This document shows, piece by piece, positions 59,701 to 64,000 of a stretch of DNA of 64,000 nucleotides (position 1 is its first letter; each line of letters starts with the position of its first letter). Both the position numbers and the translations under genes were made by a program. Source of the DNA: Phoronis australis (Eukaryota > Animalia > Phoronida); the NCBI GenBank assembly GCA_002633005.1, contig NMRA01000060.1:890315-954314 (forward strand), written 5' to 3'. The notes beneath the pieces are model-generated. The model did not search any database and was not told the origin of the DNA. It worked only from the letters and a program-made list of their open reading frames with translations.

Positions 59701-62700
59701 AGCTCTGGCTACTTCTGGCTAGCTATGGCTAGCTATGAATGGCTTTGGCTAGCTATGGCTAGCTATGGCGAACTCTGGATAGCTCTGGTAAGTTCTGGCT
59801 AGCTATGGCTAGCTATGGATGGCTTTGGCTTGCTATGGCTAGCTATGGCTAACTCTGGATAGCTCTGGCTAGCTATGGCTAGGTGGGGCTAGCTATGGCT
59901 TGCTATGGATAGCTTTGGTTAGCTATGGCTTGCTCTGGCTAGCTCCAGCTAGCTTCGGATAGCTATGGCTAACTCTAGCTAGCTCTGGCTAGTTTTGGTT
60001 AAGTATGGATAGCTCTGGATAGCTCTGGCTAGCTCTGGCTAGCTCTGGCTAGCTCTGGCTAGCTCTGGTTAGCTCTGGTTAGCTCTGGGTAGCTATTGCT
60101 AGCTATGGACTGCTATGGCTAGCTAGGCCTAGCTATGGCTAGCTCTGGCTAGCTATGGCTAGCTAAGGCCAGCTATGGCTAGCTCTGGTTACCTCTGGTT
60201 AGCTCTGAGTAGCTCTGGCTAGCTATGGCTAGCTATGGCAAGCAATGTATGGCTTTGGCTAGCTATGGCTTGCTATGGCTAACACTTGATAGCTCTGGCT
60301 AGCTCTGGCTAGTTATGGATGGCTATGGCTAGCTCTGGCTAGCTATGGCTAACTCTGGATAGCTCTGGTTAGCTGTGGCTAGCTACGGCCTGCTCTGGCT
60401 AGCTATGGCTTCCTCTGGCTAGCTATGGCCAGCTCGGGATAGCTGTGGGTAGTTCTGGGTAGCTATGGCTAGCTATGGATGGCTATGGTTAGCTTTGGCT
60501 AGCTATGGCTTACTCGGGAAGGATCTGGGTAGCTCTGGCTAGCTATGGCTAGCTATGACCAGCTCTGGATAGCTCTGGCTAGCTTTGGCTAGCTCTGGCT
60601 AGCTATGGCAACCTTTGGCTAGCTATGGCTAGCTCTGGACAGCTCTGGAAATTCTGGGTAGCTATGGCTAGCTTTGGCTAGCTTAGGATTGCCATGGCTA
60701 GCTATGGCTAGCTATGGCAAGCTTAGGATGGCTATGGATGGCTATGGCTAGCTATGGCTAGCTATGGCTAGCTATGGCTAGTTATGGCTAGCTCTGGCTA
60801 GTTCTGGCTAGCTATCGCTAGCTATGAAAAGCTATGGATGGCTATGGCTAGCTATGGCTAACTCTCGATAGCTCTTGCTAGTTCTGGCTAGATATGGCTA
60901 GCTCTGGATAGCTCTGGTTAGCTTTGGCTAGCTAAGGCTAGCTCTGGCTAGCTATGGCTAGCTCTTACTAGCTATGGCCAGCTCGGGATAGCTCTTGCTA
61001 GTTCTGGCTATCTATGGCTAGCTCCGGGTAGCTCTGCATATTTCAGGCTAGCTATGGCTAGCTATGGCTACATATGGATGGCAATGGCTAGCTATGGCTA
61101 GCTATGGATAACTCTGGATAACTCATGCTATTTCTGGCTAGCTATGGCTAGCTATGGATGGCTATGGCTACCTATGGCTAGCTATGACTAGCACTGGATA
61201 GCTCTGACTAGCTCTGCCGAGTTTTGGCTAGCCATGGCTAGCTATAGATGGCTATGGCTAGCTATGGCTAGCTATGGCTAACTCTGCATAGCTCTGGCTA
61301 GCTCTGGCTATATATGGCTAGCTATGGCAAGCTATGTATGGCTATGGCTAGCTATGGCTAGTTCCAGATAGCTCTGGCTACTTCTGGCTAGCTATGGCTA
61401 GCTATGAATGGCTTTGGCTAGCTATGGCTAGATATGGCGAACTCTGGATAGCTCTGGCTAGTTTTGGCTAGCTATGGATGGCTTTGGCGTGCTATGGCTA
61501 GCTATGGCTAACTCTGGATAGCTCTGGCTAGCTATGGCTAGGTGGGGCTAGCTATGGCTAGCTATGGATAGCTTTGGTTAGCTATGGCTTGCTCTGGCTA
61601 GTTTTTGTTAAGTATGGATAGCTCTGGATAGCTTTGGATAGCTCTGGCTAGCTCTGGCTAGCTCTGGTTAGCTCTGGGTAGCTATGGCTAGCTATGGATA
61701 GCTATGGCTAGTTATGGATGGCTATGGCTAGCTATGGCTAGCTCTGGCTAACACTGGATAGCTCTGGCTAGCTCTGGCTAGCTATGGCAAGCTATGGATG
61801 GCTATGGCTAGCTATGGCTAGCTCCGGATAGTTCTGGCTAGCTATGTATAGCTATGGCTAACTCTGGATAGCTCTTGCTTGTTCTGGCTAGCTATGGCTA
61901 GCTATGGATGGCTATGGCTAGCTATGGCTAGCTATGACTAACACTGGATAGCTCTGCCTAGCTCTGGCTAGCTATGGCTAGCTCTGGATAGCTCTGGCTA
62001 GTTCTTGCTAGTTCTGGCTAGCTAAGTAGCTATACCTAGCTCTGGCTACCTATGGCTAGCTATGGCTAGCCAAGGATAGCTCTGGCTAGCTTTGGCTAGC
62101 TCTGGATAGCTCTGGCTAGTTCTGGCTAGCTCTGGCTAGCTCTGGCTAGCTCTGGCTAACGCTGGGTAGCTCTGGCTAGCTGTGGCTAGCTATGGCTAGC
62201 TCTGGCTAGCTCGGGCTAGCTCTGGCTAGCTTTGGGTAGCTCTTGCTAGCTATGGCTAGCTATGGATGGCTATGGCTAGCTATGGATGGCTATGGCTAGC
62301 TATGGCTAGCTATGGCTAACACTAGATCGCTCTGGCTAGCTATGACAAGCTATGGATGGCTATGGCTAGCTATGGCTAGCTATGGCTAGCTATGGCTAGC
62401 TATGGCTAGCTATGGCTAGCTATGGCTAGCTCCGGATAGCTCTGGTTGGTTCTGGGTAGCTATGGTTGGCTATGGCAAGCTATGGATGGCTATGGCTAGC
62501 TATGGCTAGCTATGGCTCGCTCCGGATAGCTCTGGCTAGTTCTGGGTAGCTATGGATAGCTATGGCTAGATATGGATGGCTACGGCTAACTATGGCTAGC
62601 TATGGATGGCTATGGCTAGCGATGGCTAGCTATGGCTAACACTGAATGGCTCTGGCTAGCTATGGCAAGCTATGGATATCTATGGCTAGCAATGGCTAGC

Positions 62701-64000
62701 TATGGCAAGCTATGGATCGCTATGGCTAGCTCCGGATACCTCTGGCTAGTTCTGGGTAGCTATGGCTAGCTATGGCTAGATATGAATGGCTATGGCTAGC
62801 TATGGCTAGCGATGGCTAACTCTGGAGAGCTCTTGGTATTTCTGGCTAGTTATGGTTAGCTATAGATGGCTATGGCTAGCTGTAGCTAGCTATGACTAAC
62901 TCTGGATAGCTCTGGCTAACTCTGGCGAGCTTTGGCTAGCTATGGCTAGCTCTGGATAGCTCTAGCAAAATCTGGCTAGTTATGGCTAGCTATAGCTAGC
63001 AATGGATGGCTATGACTAGCTATGGCTAGCTATGGATGGCTATGGCTAGCTATGGCTAGCTATGGCTAACACTGGATGGCTCTGGCTAGCTATGGCAAGC
63101 TATGGATAGCTATGGCTAGCTGTGGCTAGAAATGGCTAGCTCCGAATTGCTCTGGCTAGTTCTGGGTAGCTATGCCTAGCTATGGCAAGCTATGGATGGC
63201 TATGGCTAGCTATGGCTAGCTATGGGTTGCTATGGCTAGCTCCGGATAGCTCTGCCTAGTTCTGGGTAGCTATGGCTAGATATGGATGGCTATGGCTAGC
63301 GATGGCTAACTCTGGAGAGCTCTTGCTATTTCTGGCTAGCTATGGCTAGCTATGGATGGCTATGGCTAGCTGTAGCTAGCTATGACTAACACTGGATAGC
63401 TCTGGCTAACTCTGGTGAGCTTTGGCTAGCTATGGCTAGCTCTGGATAGCTCTGGCAAGTTCTGGCTAGCTATGGCTTGCTATGGCTAGCAATGGATGGC
63501 TATGGCTAGCTATGGCTAGCTATGGCTAGCTATGGCTAGCTATGGCTAGCTCTGGAAAGCTCTGGCGAGCTCTGGCTAGCTCTGGCTAGCTCTGGCTAGC
63601 CCTGGCTAGCTCAGGTTGGCTCTGGCTAGCTATGGCTAGCTATGGCTAGCTATGGCTAGCAATGGCTAGCTATGGCTAGCTATGGCTAGCTATGGCTAGC
63701 TATGGCTAGCTCTGGAAAGCTCTGGCGAGCTCTGGCGAGCTCTGGCTAGCTCTGGCTAGCTCTGGCTAGCCCTGGCTAGCTCAGGTTGGCTCTGGCTAGC
63801 TATGGCTAGCTATGGCTAGCAATGGCTAAATTTGTTTAGCTCTGGCTAGCTCTGGCTAACTATGGCTAGCTATGGATGGCTATGGCTAGCTATGGATGGC
63901 TATGGCTAGCTATGGCTAGCTCTGGCTAGATCTGGATAGCTCTGGCTAGCTCTGGCTAGCTATGGCTAGCTGTGGATAGCTGTGGCTAGTTCTGGCTAGT
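56794..64000. repeat. 10-bp satellite (GGCTAGCT[A/C]T)n, >7 kb
   Basis: About 720 diverged decamers, running off the window end. Confidence 0.98.

Noticed and set aside
56794-64000. Satellite as coding sequence (ATGGCTAGC... repeats)
   Set aside because: TAG stops recur in all frames on both strands.

Overview
AT-rich animal (invertebrate-like) nuclear DNA with GT-AG introns and TTAGGG telomere repeats; the species cannot be identified from the sequence. Three protein-coding genes can be reconstructed. (1) A roughly 23-exon + strand gene (11472-24607) encodes a ~900-aa, Cys-free, secreted polyprotein: a signal peptide, eight ~92-98-aa amphipathic helical repeats joined by R-G-T/S-R motifs, then an acidic spacer, RRR and a distinct C-terminal helical unit. 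I cannot assign it to a family, and it is the best candidate for a new system. (2) An RFX4-type transcription factor (about 34839-51051, +) has a young LINE inserted at one splice donor and apparently lost exons at a contig join. (3) A single-coding-exon secreted TIMP/NtA-like OB-fold protein lies at 53505-54083 (-). The rest is transposon debris (LINE > Harbinger > foldback MITE nest, Helentron/DINE-like elements with CTCF-like motif arrays, TTAA/Kolobok-type elements, Gypsy integrase remnant), minisatellites, a TTAGGG tract, a gap and >7 kb of a 10-bp satellite with higher-order structure. All gene models were spliced by hand and all family calls are from motif recognition, not database searches.
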